Shown piece after piece: positions 27,086 through 35,489 of a stretch of DNA of 56,348 nucleotides; the stretch's first letter is position 1, and every line of letters starts with the position of its first letter. Origin of the DNA: Ruminococcus sp. UBA3855 (GTDB taxonomy: Bacteria > Bacillota > Clostridia > Oscillospirales > Ruminococcaceae); NCBI GenBank assembly GCA_002392545.1, contig DGHF01000136.1:7932-64279 (forward strand). The letters are read 5' to 3'. Both the position numbers and the translations under genes were made by a program. The notes below the pieces were generated by a model that was not told the origin of the DNA, did not search any database, and saw only the letters and a program-made list of their open reading frames with translations.

Positions 27086-28495
27086 TTAGCCAATGCTTCC
27101 AATCATTTCGATACGGATTAAATTATTCATTTCCAATGCATATTCAAGGGGCAATTCTTTGGAAACATTGTCCGCAAATCCGCTGACAATCAGGGCTTTC
27201 GCTTCTTCCTCTGAAAGACCTCTCGACATTAAATAAAAGACTGCATCATCACTGATTCTGCCAATTTTCGCCTCGTGTCCGATGTCGGCATCATTGGTTC
27301 GAATGTCCATTGCCGGAATGGTATCTGACCTTGATTCAGAATCCAACATCAGCGACGCACATGATACGGAAGACTTGCTTCCCTTTGCGGACGGCTTCAC
27401 AACAACTTCACTACGGAATGTATTTCCGCCCCCACTCTTTGAAATCGAACGTGTATTCATATAAGAGGACGTATTCGGGGCATTGTGAATGACCTTTGCA
27501 CCTGTGTCCAAGTCCTGACCTTCTCCGGAAAATGTAATTCCGGTAAATTCAGACCGTGCGCCCTCTCCGTTTAAAACACTTGTCGGGTAGAGGTACGAAA
27601 CATGAGAACCGAACGAACCCGAAACCCATTCAATTTTTCCGCCCTCTGCCACCAATGCACGCTTGGTATTGAGATTGTACATATTTTTCGACCAGTTTTC
27701 AATTGTCGAATAACGCAGTGTTGCGCCCTTGCCAACGTATAACTCTACACATCCGGCATGAAGGCTCGCTGCATAATATTTCGGCGCAGAACAGCCCTCA
27801 ATAAAATGCAAATATGCGCCCTCTTCCACGATAATCAAAGTGTGTTCAAATTGTCCTGCTCCCTCTGCATTCAAGCGGAAATAGGACTGCAACGGAATAT
27901 CTACCTTGACACCTGCCGGAACATACACGAACGAACCGCCAGACCATACAGCCCCATGCAAGGCGGCGAATTTGTGGTCTGTCGGGGGAACTAACTTCAT
28001 GAAATGTTTCTGAATCATCTCTGCATATTTTTCGTCCCACATTGCCGTTTCAAGGTCAGTGTACACAACGCCCAACTTTGCGACAGATTCTCTCAAATTA
28101 TGATATACGATTTCAGAGTCATACTGCGCTCCGACACCCGCCAGAGATTCTCTCTCCGCCTGCGGAATGCCGAGTTTTTCGAATGTGTCCTTGATATTAT
28201 CCGGCACGTCTTCCCAATTGTTGCGCATTCTGGTTTTTGGTCTGATATAGGTGACAATTCTGTCCATGTCAAGCCCTTCAATAGAAGGACCCCACTGGGG
28301 CATTCTCTGTTTATGATACAATTCCAGCGAATGCAGACGGAAATCACGCATCCACTGAGGGTCATGCTTTTCCTCTGAAATTTCTGCAATAATTTCGGAG
28401 GTAATACCCGAATCGAGCATATCCGCTTCATCTTCTTCATAGCGGAAGTCATAAATACTTTCGTCAATATCTTCAATAAATGTTTTTTCTTTCAT
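27086..28495 (-). CDS. sufB: Fe-S cluster assembly protein SufB
   Basis: 469 aa. Typical SufB sequence: HGAVWSGGSFVYVP..., and GHEAKIGRISDDAVFYLMSRGLSEEEA. Confidence 0.9.
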   Translation of the reverse strand: MKEKTFIEDIDESIYDFRYEEDEADMLDSGITSEIIAEISEEKHDPQWMRDFRLHSLELYHKQRMPQWGPSIEGLDMDRIVTYIRPKTRMRNNWEDVPDNIKDTFEKLGIPQAERESLAGVGAQYDSEIVYHNLRESVAKLGVVYTDLETAMWDEKYAEMIQKHFMKLVPPTDHKFAALHGAVWSGGSFVYVPAGVKVDIPLQSYFRLNAEGAGQFEHTLIIVEEGAYLHFIEGCSAPKYYAASLHAGCVELYVGKGATLRYSTIENWSKNMYNLNTKRALVAEGGKIEWVSGSFGSHVSYLYPTSVLNGEGARSEFTGITFSGEGQDLDTGAKVIHNAPNTSSYMNTRSISKSGGGNTFRSEVVVKPSAKGSKSSVSCASLMLDSESRSDTIPAMDIRTNDADIGHEAKIGRISDDAVFYLMSRGLSEEEAKALIVSGFADNVSKELPLEYALEMNNLIRIEMIGSIG

Positions 28496-28518
28496 GATAT
28501 TCTATCCTTATTGTATTA

Positions 28519-29262
28519 TTATTCGTTGATAAAGCTTTCAAAGCCGTTTTCGTTGACCTCGTCCACAAGAGAACGGTCTCCGGTGTGAATGATTTTTCCA
28601 TTGGCGAGAATGTGCGTTTTGTCAACATTGAGAGCATCCAGAATTCTGGTGCTGTGGGTGATAATCAGCAATGTACCGCCGTTTTTCTGAAATTCCTGAA
28701 TGCCGTTCGAAACTGTCTTGACAGCATCCACGTCAAGCCCTGAATCCGTTTCGTCCAGAATGGCAAGCTTCGGATTCAACATCAGCAACTGGAAAATTTC
28801 AGCCTTTTTCTTTTCACCGCCGGAAAATCCAACATTCAAATCACGTTCGGTATAAGCCTCATTCATGTTGAGCAGTTCAAGAGCGTGTTTCATGCTTTTC
28901 TTGAAATCCCACATCTTAATACGCTTGCCTGTTTTCTGTTCCAGTGCGTTTTTGGTGAATCCGCCGAGGGTGATACCAGCCACCGGAATGGGGTCTTGGA
29001 AAGTCATAAAAATACCGCTCTTTGCACGTTTATCAGTGGTTTCAGCGGTCACGTCCCTGCCGTCAAAGAAAATCGTCCCTGCGGTCACTTCATATTTCGG
29101 ATTCGCTAACAGCGTATGACCCAATGTGGATTTACCAGCCCCGTTAGGCCCCATAATGACATGTGTCTCACCCTGTGCAATGGAAAGGTCAATGCCCTTT
29201 AAAATTTCTTTTTCTCCTACTTTGACACAAAGTCCATTGATTTCCAGTAAATTTGTACTCAT
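28519..29262 (-). CDS. sufC: Fe-S cluster assembly ATPase SufC
   Basis: 247 aa. Walker A GPNGAGKSTL, ABC signature FSGGEKKK and Walker B LAILDETDSGLD. Confidence 0.9.
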   Translation of the reverse strand: MSTNLLEINGLCVKVGEKEILKGIDLSIAQGETHVIMGPNGAGKSTLGHTLLANPKYEVTAGTIFFDGRDVTAETTDKRAKSGIFMTFQDPIPVAGITLGGFTKNALEQKTGKRIKMWDFKKSMKHALELLNMNEAYTERDLNVGFSGGEKKKAEIFQLLMLNPKLAILDETDSGLDVDAVKTVSNGIQEFQKNGGTLLIITHSTRILDALNVDKTHILANGKIIHTGDRSLVDEVNENGFESFINE

Positions 29263-29307
29263 TGTATAAAATTCCTCCTGAATATAATGTATAATCTCAT
29301 AAATGTA

Positions 29308-29336
29308 ATCATATCACAACTTTTGTCAGTTGTCAA
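29308..29336 (-). promoter_or_regulatory. Sigma-A-type promoter of the suf operon, with an inverted repeat in the spacer
   Basis: Minus strand TTGACA, 17-bp spacer, TATGAT with TGn. The spacer holds CAACT-N6-AGTTG (29317-29332). Confidence 0.55.
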
Positions 29337-29551
29337 GGAATGTACCCCACTCTAACAAATAGTTTGACGTTTTCAAATAAAATATTCCCCCTGAATTGTG
29401 AAATATGCACATAAATGTAAAATCAATTCTGATAAATTTCAATAAAAATCCTGTGCCTGTAAGAAATAACTAATTCTAAAATTATCCGTAATACAGACAA
29501 TTTTAGTATAAAAAATAAGAAATTGCTAACTCTTGTTTCACCGTGCAACGC

Positions 29552-29580
29552 TTGACAATTGGCGGAAAATGCATTATAAT
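29552..29580 (+). promoter_or_regulatory. Sigma-A consensus promoter
   Basis: TTGACA, 17-bp spacer, TATAAT. Confidence 0.6.
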
Positions 29581-29613
29581 AAGGGTATCAAACTTTTGAA
29601 AGGAGTTTTGAAA

Positions 29614-30426
29614 ATGAAAGAAATTGAAGTATACAAAAAAGATTTAGAAAACGTTGCAGATTATGGAACAAATGGCTTTATTGCAACTGTAACAGATAAA
29701 ACAATGAAAGTGCAATATGAAACCATTGCTCCCCTTTCTGGATGGGCTAGGGATGAAGGTTTTTTTGAATTGATTGTAACATTAGATAGTGAAGTTAATT
29801 TAAAAATTGACTTCCTCACTATGGAATTTTCGGCATCCCCTAGTAATATTTCTCTTTCACAAAAAAGTGGGATTTATCATTTTTATTTCAAATTAAGAAA
29901 ATATGATGGTGGGAAACATAGGTACTTGATTGATTTTTTCCTCAATGCTAACTCAGGCACATACAAAATTTCAGAAGTCAAGTTAAGGGAATGGAAATCG
30001 TCCGAAATTTTCGAAAAACTGCAATCGATTGACAACGAGGGTATGCAACCAAAAGAAACCGCCCTTGAAAGCAAAGTTTCCAACATTTCCGCAAAATTTG
30101 ACGAACTTTCCGACTTTCTGAAAACATTCACTGAAAATGATATGTCTCATGTGAACGGCGAAAATGTGGAGAAAATCGGGGAATTGGAATCTCTGTTACA
30201 GTCCTATGATGAAAGATTGTCGGCAATGGTCGGAAAATATGTCCGTATTGCTCCCGAATGCAAAAATTATTTCAATGCAAGCCATGAAGCGAAACAATTT
30301 GAAGAAAATGACGTTCTGAAAACTGCGATTTACACTGTCAAGGCTTATCAATCGGGATTGTATACACTTTCTTCTCCGCAAAATCCTGACATTCTGGTAT
30401 CTTTCGAGATGGTGACAAGAGTCTGA
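29614..30426 (+). CDS. Hypothetical protein
   Basis: 270 aa from ATG 29614, with an AAAGGAG RBS. Beta-rich N-terminal half and helical acidic C-terminal half. No motif recognised. The 29533 extension overlaps the promoter. Confidence 0.55.
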   Translation: MKEIEVYKKDLENVADYGTNGFIATVTDKTMKVQYETIAPLSGWARDEGFFELIVTLDSEVNLKIDFLTMEFSASPSNISLSQKSGIYHFYFKLRKYDGGKHRYLIDFFLNANSGTYKISEVKLREWKSSEIFEKLQSIDNEGMQPKETALESKVSNISAKFDELSDFLKTFTENDMSHVNGENVEKIGELESLLQSYDERLSAMVGKYVRIAPECKNYFNASHEAKQFEENDVLKTAIYTVKAYQSGLYTLSSPQNPDILVSFEMVTRV

Positions 30427-30529
30427 ACCTGTAACCCCAACAAACAAATTTGACAAAATGCGCCCTATCATAATATAATAATAAAAGCCCCCATCAAAGA
30501 TATAGGGGGCTGAAAGGAGCATTTTGTTG

Positions 30530-31312
30530 ATGAAAGAGACTTTGGAAGGATTGCTTGTGCCGTTTCTGGGTACATCTTTAGGGGCTGGCTGTGTCTTCCT
30601 GATGAAAAACAATTTCAGCCGGACGGTTGAGCGCATTTTGACAGGCTTTGCGGCTGGTGTGATGGTGGCGGCGAGTGTGTGGAGCTTACTCATTCCGGCA
30701 TTGGAACAATCGGCTGAAACCATGGGGAGACTGGCATTTATCCCCTCTGTGATTGGCTTTTTGGTGGGAATTGCATTTCTGCTGACATTGGATAGGCTCA
30801 TCCCACATTTACACATGGACACCGACAAGCCGGAAGGCTTGCCCTCGAAACTGCCCAAAAATACCATGATGTTATTGGCGGTCACGTTGCATAATATCCC
30901 CGAAGGAATGGCGGTCGGGGTCGTGTACGCTGGTTATCTGTACGGAAACACCAGCATCACCGCAGCCGGAGCATTCGCCTTGGCGGTGGGAATTGCTATA
31001 CAGAATTTTCCAGAAGGTGCAATTATTTCCATGCCCTTGAAAGCGGAGGGAATGACCAAAGGGAAAGCATTTTTAATGGGAGTGTTGTCGGGCGCAGTTG
31101 AGCCAGTCGGCGCATTTATAACGATATTATTCGCAGGGCTGGTGATTCCGGCAATGCCCTATTTATTGAGCTTTGCAGCAGGTGCAATGATTTATGTGGT
31201 GGTGGAAGAACTCATTCCGGAGATGTCCGCCGGAGAACATTCCAACATTGGAACGATTGCTTTTTCGATTGGATTTTCAGTCATGATGACTTTAGATGTG
31301 GCATTAGGGTGA
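30530..31312 (+). CDS. zupT: ZIP-family divalent metal (zinc) transporter
   Basis: 260 aa from ATG 30530, with an AAAGGAG RBS. ZIP signatures LHNIPEGMAVG and IQNFPEGAIIS. Multi-TM. Confidence 0.8.
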   Translation: MKETLEGLLVPFLGTSLGAGCVFLMKNNFSRTVERILTGFAAGVMVAASVWSLLIPALEQSAETMGRLAFIPSVIGFLVGIAFLLTLDRLIPHLHMDTDKPEGLPSKLPKNTMMLLAVTLHNIPEGMAVGVVYAGYLYGNTSITAAGAFALAVGIAIQNFPEGAIISMPLKAEGMTKGKAFLMGVLSGAVEPVGAFITILFAGLVIPAMPYLLSFAAGAMIYVVVEELIPEMSAGEHSNIGTIAFSIGFSVMMTLDVALG

Positions 31313-31353
31313 AAAAATTCCCTGTTCTCCTTTGCGGAAACAGGAAATTTTTT
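31313..31353. terminator. Bidirectional intrinsic terminator
   Basis: Stem TTCC(C)TGTT / AACAGGAA with one bulge and a 12-nt loop, flanked by A6 and T6, between convergent genes. Confidence 0.55.
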
Positions 31354-31354
31354 G

Positions 31355-32023
31355 TTATGCATTCAGAATCTGCCTGATAATCTGCAAAATATCGTCATGA
31401 ATTGCCTCGATTGTTCGGGGCTTTTCATTTTCGGCGCAGGGGATGAAATGCCACTTCGAAAAAGCATCATGTTCAGCGACATAAAGCGCAGATTCCCGAC
31501 AGCGTTTCAGGAAATCAATGTCAGATTCGTGAATGTCCTTCTTGTTTTCGTCCCCCTGATAACGTTCAGAGAGTAATTTCTGTGAAACTTCAATCGGCAT
31601 ATCCAGAAATAACACTGCATCCGGCGCAGGAATGCCGAGTTTGCAGTATTCATAATCATACAGCCATTGACAGAAATTTTCCCACTCCGACTGCGGTAAT
31701 TTGGTCGTCTGATAAATCGCATTGGAAGTGGTATATCTTGCAGAGATGATATTTTTGCCTGATGTATAATCAACATACCAGTCCTTCCGGTAGCTGATAT
31801 ATCTGTCAACGGCATAAAAACTGCTTGCAGAATAGGCATGATTGAGCGGTTCGGGATTGGGGATATTTCCGGCGAGATAATCGGAAATGATTTCCCCTGT
31901 CTGAGAATTGTAATTCGGGAACGTCAGGAAACGACATTCCGGAAAGACCTCTTTCAACAAGTCCAGTTGTGTACTTTTTCCGCACCCGTCCAGACCGTCC
32001 AATATAATCAATTTTGATTGCAT
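31355..32023 (-). CDS. tmk: dTMP kinase-like P-loop nucleotide kinase
   Basis: 222 aa. P-loop LDGLDGCGKSTQ and a DRY-type motif (AVDRYIS). Size fits the thymidylate kinase family. Confidence 0.6.
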   Translation of the reverse strand: MQSKLIILDGLDGCGKSTQLDLLKEVFPECRFLTFPNYNSQTGEIISDYLAGNIPNPEPLNHAYSASSFYAVDRYISYRKDWYVDYTSGKNIISARYTTSNAIYQTTKLPQSEWENFCQWLYDYEYCKLGIPAPDAVLFLDMPIEVSQKLLSERYQGDENKKDIHESDIDFLKRCRESALYVAEHDAFSKWHFIPCAENEKPRTIEAIHDDILQIIRQILNA

Positions 32024-32064
32024 AATTAAAAAACTCCTTTCTGAAATGGGTATTTTAAGGGGGT

Positions 32065-32098
32065 ATGGGGGAATTCTCCCAAGCCCCTTTATCTAAAT
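32065..32098. repeat. Short (hairpin-less) copy of the repeat unit found at 32839-33030
   Basis: ATGGGGGAATTCTCCCAAGCCCCTTTATCTAAAT matches the two ends of the long units (AATGGGGGAATT... and ...CCCCCAAGCCCCCTTTATTTAAAT) but lacks the central ~65 bp. Confidence 0.6.
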
Positions 32099-32817
32099 AT
32101 CACCCATAACACCCCATAAATCACAGGCTGATGAATGACATAAATTTCCAGCGCATGACACCCAATCCAATTCAATGGCGAAATCCCTTTCCAGCGGACA
32201 GAAAGAATTTTCTCCCCTGCCACCTGATACAGATAGAATCCTGTCAAAAATAAAAATAACCACGGTATCAATGAAAAATAATCCGTCGAATAAAATCCCA
32301 TATGCGGAAATCCCAGATATGCCGTCAGATAATTCCGGTATAACCATTCGGGAAGTTTCAACAGCAGATGCGTGAAAATGCCTAAATATCCCTCATTGAC
32401 GTGACGTGTGAACGCAAACAGCCCGTAACTCACCAACAGCCCCACAATTGCCGGAACTTTTTTCAGGTACGGTTTCAAAGCCCCCACCATTAACATACTT
32501 GAACCAATCAAAGTCAATACCCCAAACAGAATTAAATCCTCCGGCATGAATAGCAGTGTGACCAATGTCACACCCATGCCCAAGGCGAACACAATCCCTC
32601 CACGTTTCAGGGTATGCCTTCCCATCCCTGAACAGAACCCCGAAAGCGTGATAAATGTGCAACATATGCACTGTTGCCAGATGTAAGCCCCATACCCAAA
32701 ATACCATTCCCAATTGACCCCGAAAATATAAACCAAATCCCAGACTGCATGAAATAACACCATATTAATGACTGTAAAGCCTCTGATGGTATCCAGAAGC
32801 GAACAGCGTTCTTTCAT
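32089..32817 (-). CDS. DUF1624/heparan-alpha-glucosaminide N-acetyltransferase-like membrane protein
   Basis: 242 aa, multi-TM. The N-terminal LLDTIRGFTVINMVLFH pattern is typical of the DUF1624 acyltransferase-like family. GAGGAG RBS. Confidence 0.65.
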   Translation of the reverse strand: MKERCSLLDTIRGFTVINMVLFHAVWDLVYIFGVNWEWYFGYGAYIWQQCICCTFITLSGFCSGMGRHTLKRGGIVFALGMGVTLVTLLFMPEDLILFGVLTLIGSSMLMVGALKPYLKKVPAIVGLLVSYGLFAFTRHVNEGYLGIFTHLLLKLPEWLYRNYLTAYLGFPHMGFYSTDYFSLIPWLFLFLTGFYLYQVAGEKILSVRWKGISPLNWIGCHALEIYVIHQPVIYGVLWVIFR

Positions 32818-32838
32818 GTGAAAAACTCCTCTCTATCT

Positions 32839-32935
32839 AAATGGGGGAATTTTCGCCAGAAAGTCTTAGTGCAGATTGCTGAAACTAATGCAATCTCCGC
32901 TAAGGGCGAAACTTTCCCCCAAGCCCCCTTTATTT
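32839..32935. repeat. Tandem structured repeat, unit 1 (78-nt imperfect hairpin at 32843-32920)
   Basis: Outer stem GGGGGAA.TTTCGCC / GGCGAAA..TTCCCCC. Inner stem CTTAGTGCAGATTGC / GCAATCTCCGCTAAG. Loop contains TGAAACTAA. Confidence 0.75.
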
Positions 32936-33030
32936 AAATGGGGACAAATTCCCTTTGAAGCCTTAGCACGAACTTCCTGAAACTAACGCAGTTCGCATTA
33001 AGAGGGCATTTTTCCCCAAGCCCTTTTATA
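32936..33030. repeat. Tandem structured repeat, unit 2 (78-nt imperfect hairpin at 32940-33017)
   Basis: Same architecture as unit 1 and the same loop TGAAACTAA. The inner stem CTTAGCACGAACTTC / GCAGTTCGCATTAAG differs from unit 1 by paired (compensatory) substitutions. Confidence 0.75.
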
Positions 33031-33058
33031 TTATACATGATTCCGGAAAATCTGTCAA
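33030..33058 (-). promoter_or_regulatory. Sigma-A consensus promoter reading through the tandem hairpins toward the DUF1624 gene
   Basis: Minus strand TTGACA (33053-33058), 17-bp spacer, TATAAT (33030-33035). Confidence 0.6.
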
Positions 33059-33076
33059 GTTTTTGGAATGGAATAC

Positions 33077-33105
33077 TTGACATTTCACGAGAAAAGTGAT
33101 AAAAT
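33077..33105 (+). promoter_or_regulatory. Sigma-A-type promoter for the PLP-enzyme gene (divergent, back-to-back with 33030-33058)
   Basis: TTGACA, 17-bp spacer, TAAAAT with TGn. Confidence 0.6.
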
Positions 33106-33156
33106 GATATTGTCGCTTATTTGGCGGTGATTGATTTGTGAAAGGTAGGAATTATT

Positions 33157-34365
33157 ATGAATCAGGAAAATGAACACGTTTCCGACAGTTGGAGTTTTAC
33201 CACTCGTTCCATTCATGTAGGAAGTGAGCCGGATTCTGCCACAGGCGCAGTTGAACCGGCAATTTATATGGCGAACAGCTTTCAACTCCCCTATGACCCC
33301 TCAACAATGAACTGGTCAGCATCCGAAGCCAATATTTACACCAGAAACGGCGGTGTCAATCAGGGTATGCTGGAAAAGAAGCTTGCAAACCTTGAAGGCG
33401 GTGAAGACTGCGTAGTCCTTGCCAGCGGTGTGGCTGCATTGTCCGCCCTCTTCTTTACCAAGCTGAAAAAGGGCGACCATGTAATTTTCTCCACAGTCAC
33501 CTACATTGCAACATACAGAATTTTCAATGAACTCTGGACAGAAAAATGGGGCATTGAAACTTCCATTGTCGATTGTACAGACATCGAGGAAATCAAAAAG
33601 GCTATCCGCCCCAATACCAAGTTGATTCATTTCGAAACCCCCGGAAATCCAACTCTCTGCATCTGCGACATTGAAGCCATTGTGAAACTCGCTCACGAAC
33701 ACGGAATTCTGGTTTCCGCTGACAATACATTCTCCTCCCCCTACAATACCAGACCGCTGGAATATGGTGTTGATTACGTCGTTGAAAGCTTGACAAAATA
33801 CATCAACGGTCACGGCGATTCCATGGGCGGTGCAGTTATCGGCAATCATGAGGATATGGACAAAATCCGTTATCAGGCACAAGTCAACATTGGTGGTTGT
33901 ATCAGCCCATTCAATGCATGGCTCATCATGAGAGGGTCTCAGACGTTTCCTCTGCGTATGCAGGTACACAATGACAATGCCTTAGCCGTTGCACAGTGGC
34001 TCGAAAAACAGCCTTGTGTATCCTTTGTGGCTTACCCCGGACTGGAAAGTTTTAAGGGGCATGACATCGCAGTCAAGCAGATGAAGCACGGTTTCGGCGG
34101 TGTGCTGTCATTCGGCTTGAAGGGTGAACATGATTTATATAACCGTGTTGTCACTCACCTGCATGTATTCACCTCTGCGGTATCGCTGGGAAATGCAGAA
34201 AGCCTGATTGTCTTCTTGGGTGAAGACGACGAAAGAATGTATCTGTACCCGCAGGAATTCCACGGCGGTTTCTACCGTGTAGCTATCGGCATTGAAGACA
34301 AGACTGACCTCATCAACGATTTGAGACAGGCATTTCAGGCGGAGGGTCTGGAAACTGTCGATTGA
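33157..34365 (+). CDS. PLP-dependent Cys/Met-metabolism enzyme (methionine gamma-lyase / O-acetylhomoserine sulfhydrylase family)
   Basis: 402 aa. Family pattern: TRSIHVG, VESLTKYINGHGDSMGG (PLP Lys) and SLGNAESLI. Confidence 0.8.
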   Translation: MNQENEHVSDSWSFTTRSIHVGSEPDSATGAVEPAIYMANSFQLPYDPSTMNWSASEANIYTRNGGVNQGMLEKKLANLEGGEDCVVLASGVAALSALFFTKLKKGDHVIFSTVTYIATYRIFNELWTEKWGIETSIVDCTDIEEIKKAIRPNTKLIHFETPGNPTLCICDIEAIVKLAHEHGILVSADNTFSSPYNTRPLEYGVDYVVESLTKYINGHGDSMGGAVIGNHEDMDKIRYQAQVNIGGCISPFNAWLIMRGSQTFPLRMQVHNDNALAVAQWLEKQPCVSFVAYPGLESFKGHDIAVKQMKHGFGGVLSFGLKGEHDLYNRVVTHLHVFTSAVSLGNAESLIVFLGEDDERMYLYPQEFHGGFYRVAIGIEDKTDLINDLRQAFQAEGLETVD

Positions 34366-34387
34366 TTCAGATAATTTTAGCATAAAC

Positions 34388-34425
34388 AAAATCCGGAGCT
34401 TTTCAGAAGTTCCGGATTTTGTTTT
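34388..34425 (+). terminator. Intrinsic terminator
   Basis: 10-bp stem ATCCGGAGCT / AAGTTCCGGAT, followed by TTTTGTTTTT. Confidence 0.8.
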
Positions 34426-34440
34426 TCGGAAATATTGCGC

Positions 34441-34470
34441 AAAAAATCCGTTCCAAACGGAACGGATTTG
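34441..34470 (-). terminator. Intrinsic terminator after rpsI
   Basis: 9-bp stem ATCCGTTCC / GGAACGGAT with a 4-nt loop, then T6 on the minus strand. Confidence 0.8.
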
Positions 34471-34500
34471 AATTTTCCATATATCCAGACAAAAGCCTGA

Positions 34501-34902
34501 TTATCTCTTGGAGAACTGCGGAGCACGTCTTGCAGCTTTGAGACCATACTTCTTTCTTTCCTTCATTCTGGGGTCACGAGTCAGGAAACCAGCAGCTTTC
34601 AAAGCAGGACGAAGTTCAGCATCATACTGCAACAGCGCACGAGCGATACCGTGACGGATAGCACCAGCCTGACCAGTTACACCGCCACCCTCAACAGTAC
34701 ATACAACGTCGAACTTTTCGAGGTTTTCAGTCAGAGCCAAAGGCTGACGAACGATGAGTTTCAGAGTTTCAAGACCGAAATAATCGTCAATGCTTCTGTC
34801 GTTGATAGTGATATTACCATTTCCGGGGATAAGTCTTACACGAGAAACGGACTGCTTTCTTCTGCCTGTACCATAGTGGTAAGCAACTTTAGGTTCGTAC
34901 AT
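34501..34902 (-). CDS. rpsI: 30S ribosomal protein S9
   Basis: 133 aa from ATG 34902, with an AAAGGAG RBS 8 nt upstream. [15 protein letters not shown] and C-terminal [16 protein letters not shown]. Confidence 0.95.
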   Translation of the reverse strand: MYEPKVAYHYGTGRRKQSVSRVRLIPGNGNITINDRSIDDYFGLETLKLIVRQPLALTENLEKFDVVCTVEGGGVTGQAGAIRHGIARALLQYDAELRPALKAAGFLTRDPRMKERKKYGLKAARRAPQFSKR

Positions 34903-34920
34903 AATTTTAGCTCCTTTCAA

Positions 34921-35349
34921 TTAGAATTCGTATACTTCCGGCTTCTGAGCAGCGTGCTTGTGTTCAGCACCCTTGAAAGTGCGCAGACGCTTTGCCTGTA
35001 CAGCACCTTGAGAATTGTGAGGGAGCATACCAGTAACAGCAATCTTCATAGCACGGTCAGCCTGTTCAGCCATGAGCTTCTTATAAGAAACTTCTTTCAG
35101 ACCACCAATCCAGCCAGTGTGCCAGTAAAACTTCTTCTGCTCCAGCTTCTTGCCGGTCAAAATTGCCTTATCGCAATTGATGATAATTACATTGTCTCCG
35201 CAGTCAACGTGCGGTGCAAAAGTGGGCTTATGTTTTCCTCTGAGCAGTACGGCAGCCTGTGCAGCCACACGACCAAGGGGCTTGTCCGTAGCATCCAGAA
35301 TATACCACTTACGGCTGATTTCGCCAGCCTTCGGCATTGTTGTAGACAT
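34921..35349 (-). CDS. rplM: 50S ribosomal protein L13
   Basis: 142 aa. RKWYILDATDKPLGRVAA...LRGKHKPTFAPHVDCGD. Confidence 0.95.
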   Translation of the reverse strand: MSTTMPKAGEISRKWYILDATDKPLGRVAAQAAVLLRGKHKPTFAPHVDCGDNVIIINCDKAILTGKKLEQKKFYWHTGWIGGLKEVSYKKLMAEQADRAMKIAVTGMLPHNSQGAVQAKRLRTFKGAEHKHAAQKPEVYEF

Positions 35350-35483
35350 AATTCGTCTCCTCCATCCATATTTTATCAGAATTTATCATCCTGTAATACA
35401 TGATAACCGAATACGGGGACATCCGGAATTTTCAGGTATCCGAGGGATGTGGTGAGGCGGTCGGTTATTCCGCATCACCATAC
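35350..35483 (-). promoter_or_regulatory. Structured 5' leader of rplM-rpsI (candidate L13 autoregulatory leader)
   Basis: About 130-nt leader. Hairpin at 35451-79 (GGTGA.GCGG / CCGC.TCACC). Its loop AAUAACCGA is complementary to UCGGUUAU at 35403-35410. Confidence 0.4.
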
Positions 35484-35489
35484 CTGCAT

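Noticed and set aside
30196-30885. 229-aa minus-strand ORF spanning the end of the hypothetical gene and the start of zupT
   Set aside because: It is antisense to two plus-strand genes that have good RBSs, one of them with clear ZIP motifs, and it crosses their intergenic region. It has no RBS.
34651-35403. 250-aa plus-strand ORF
   Set aside because: It is antisense to rpsI and rplM, whose identities are unambiguous.
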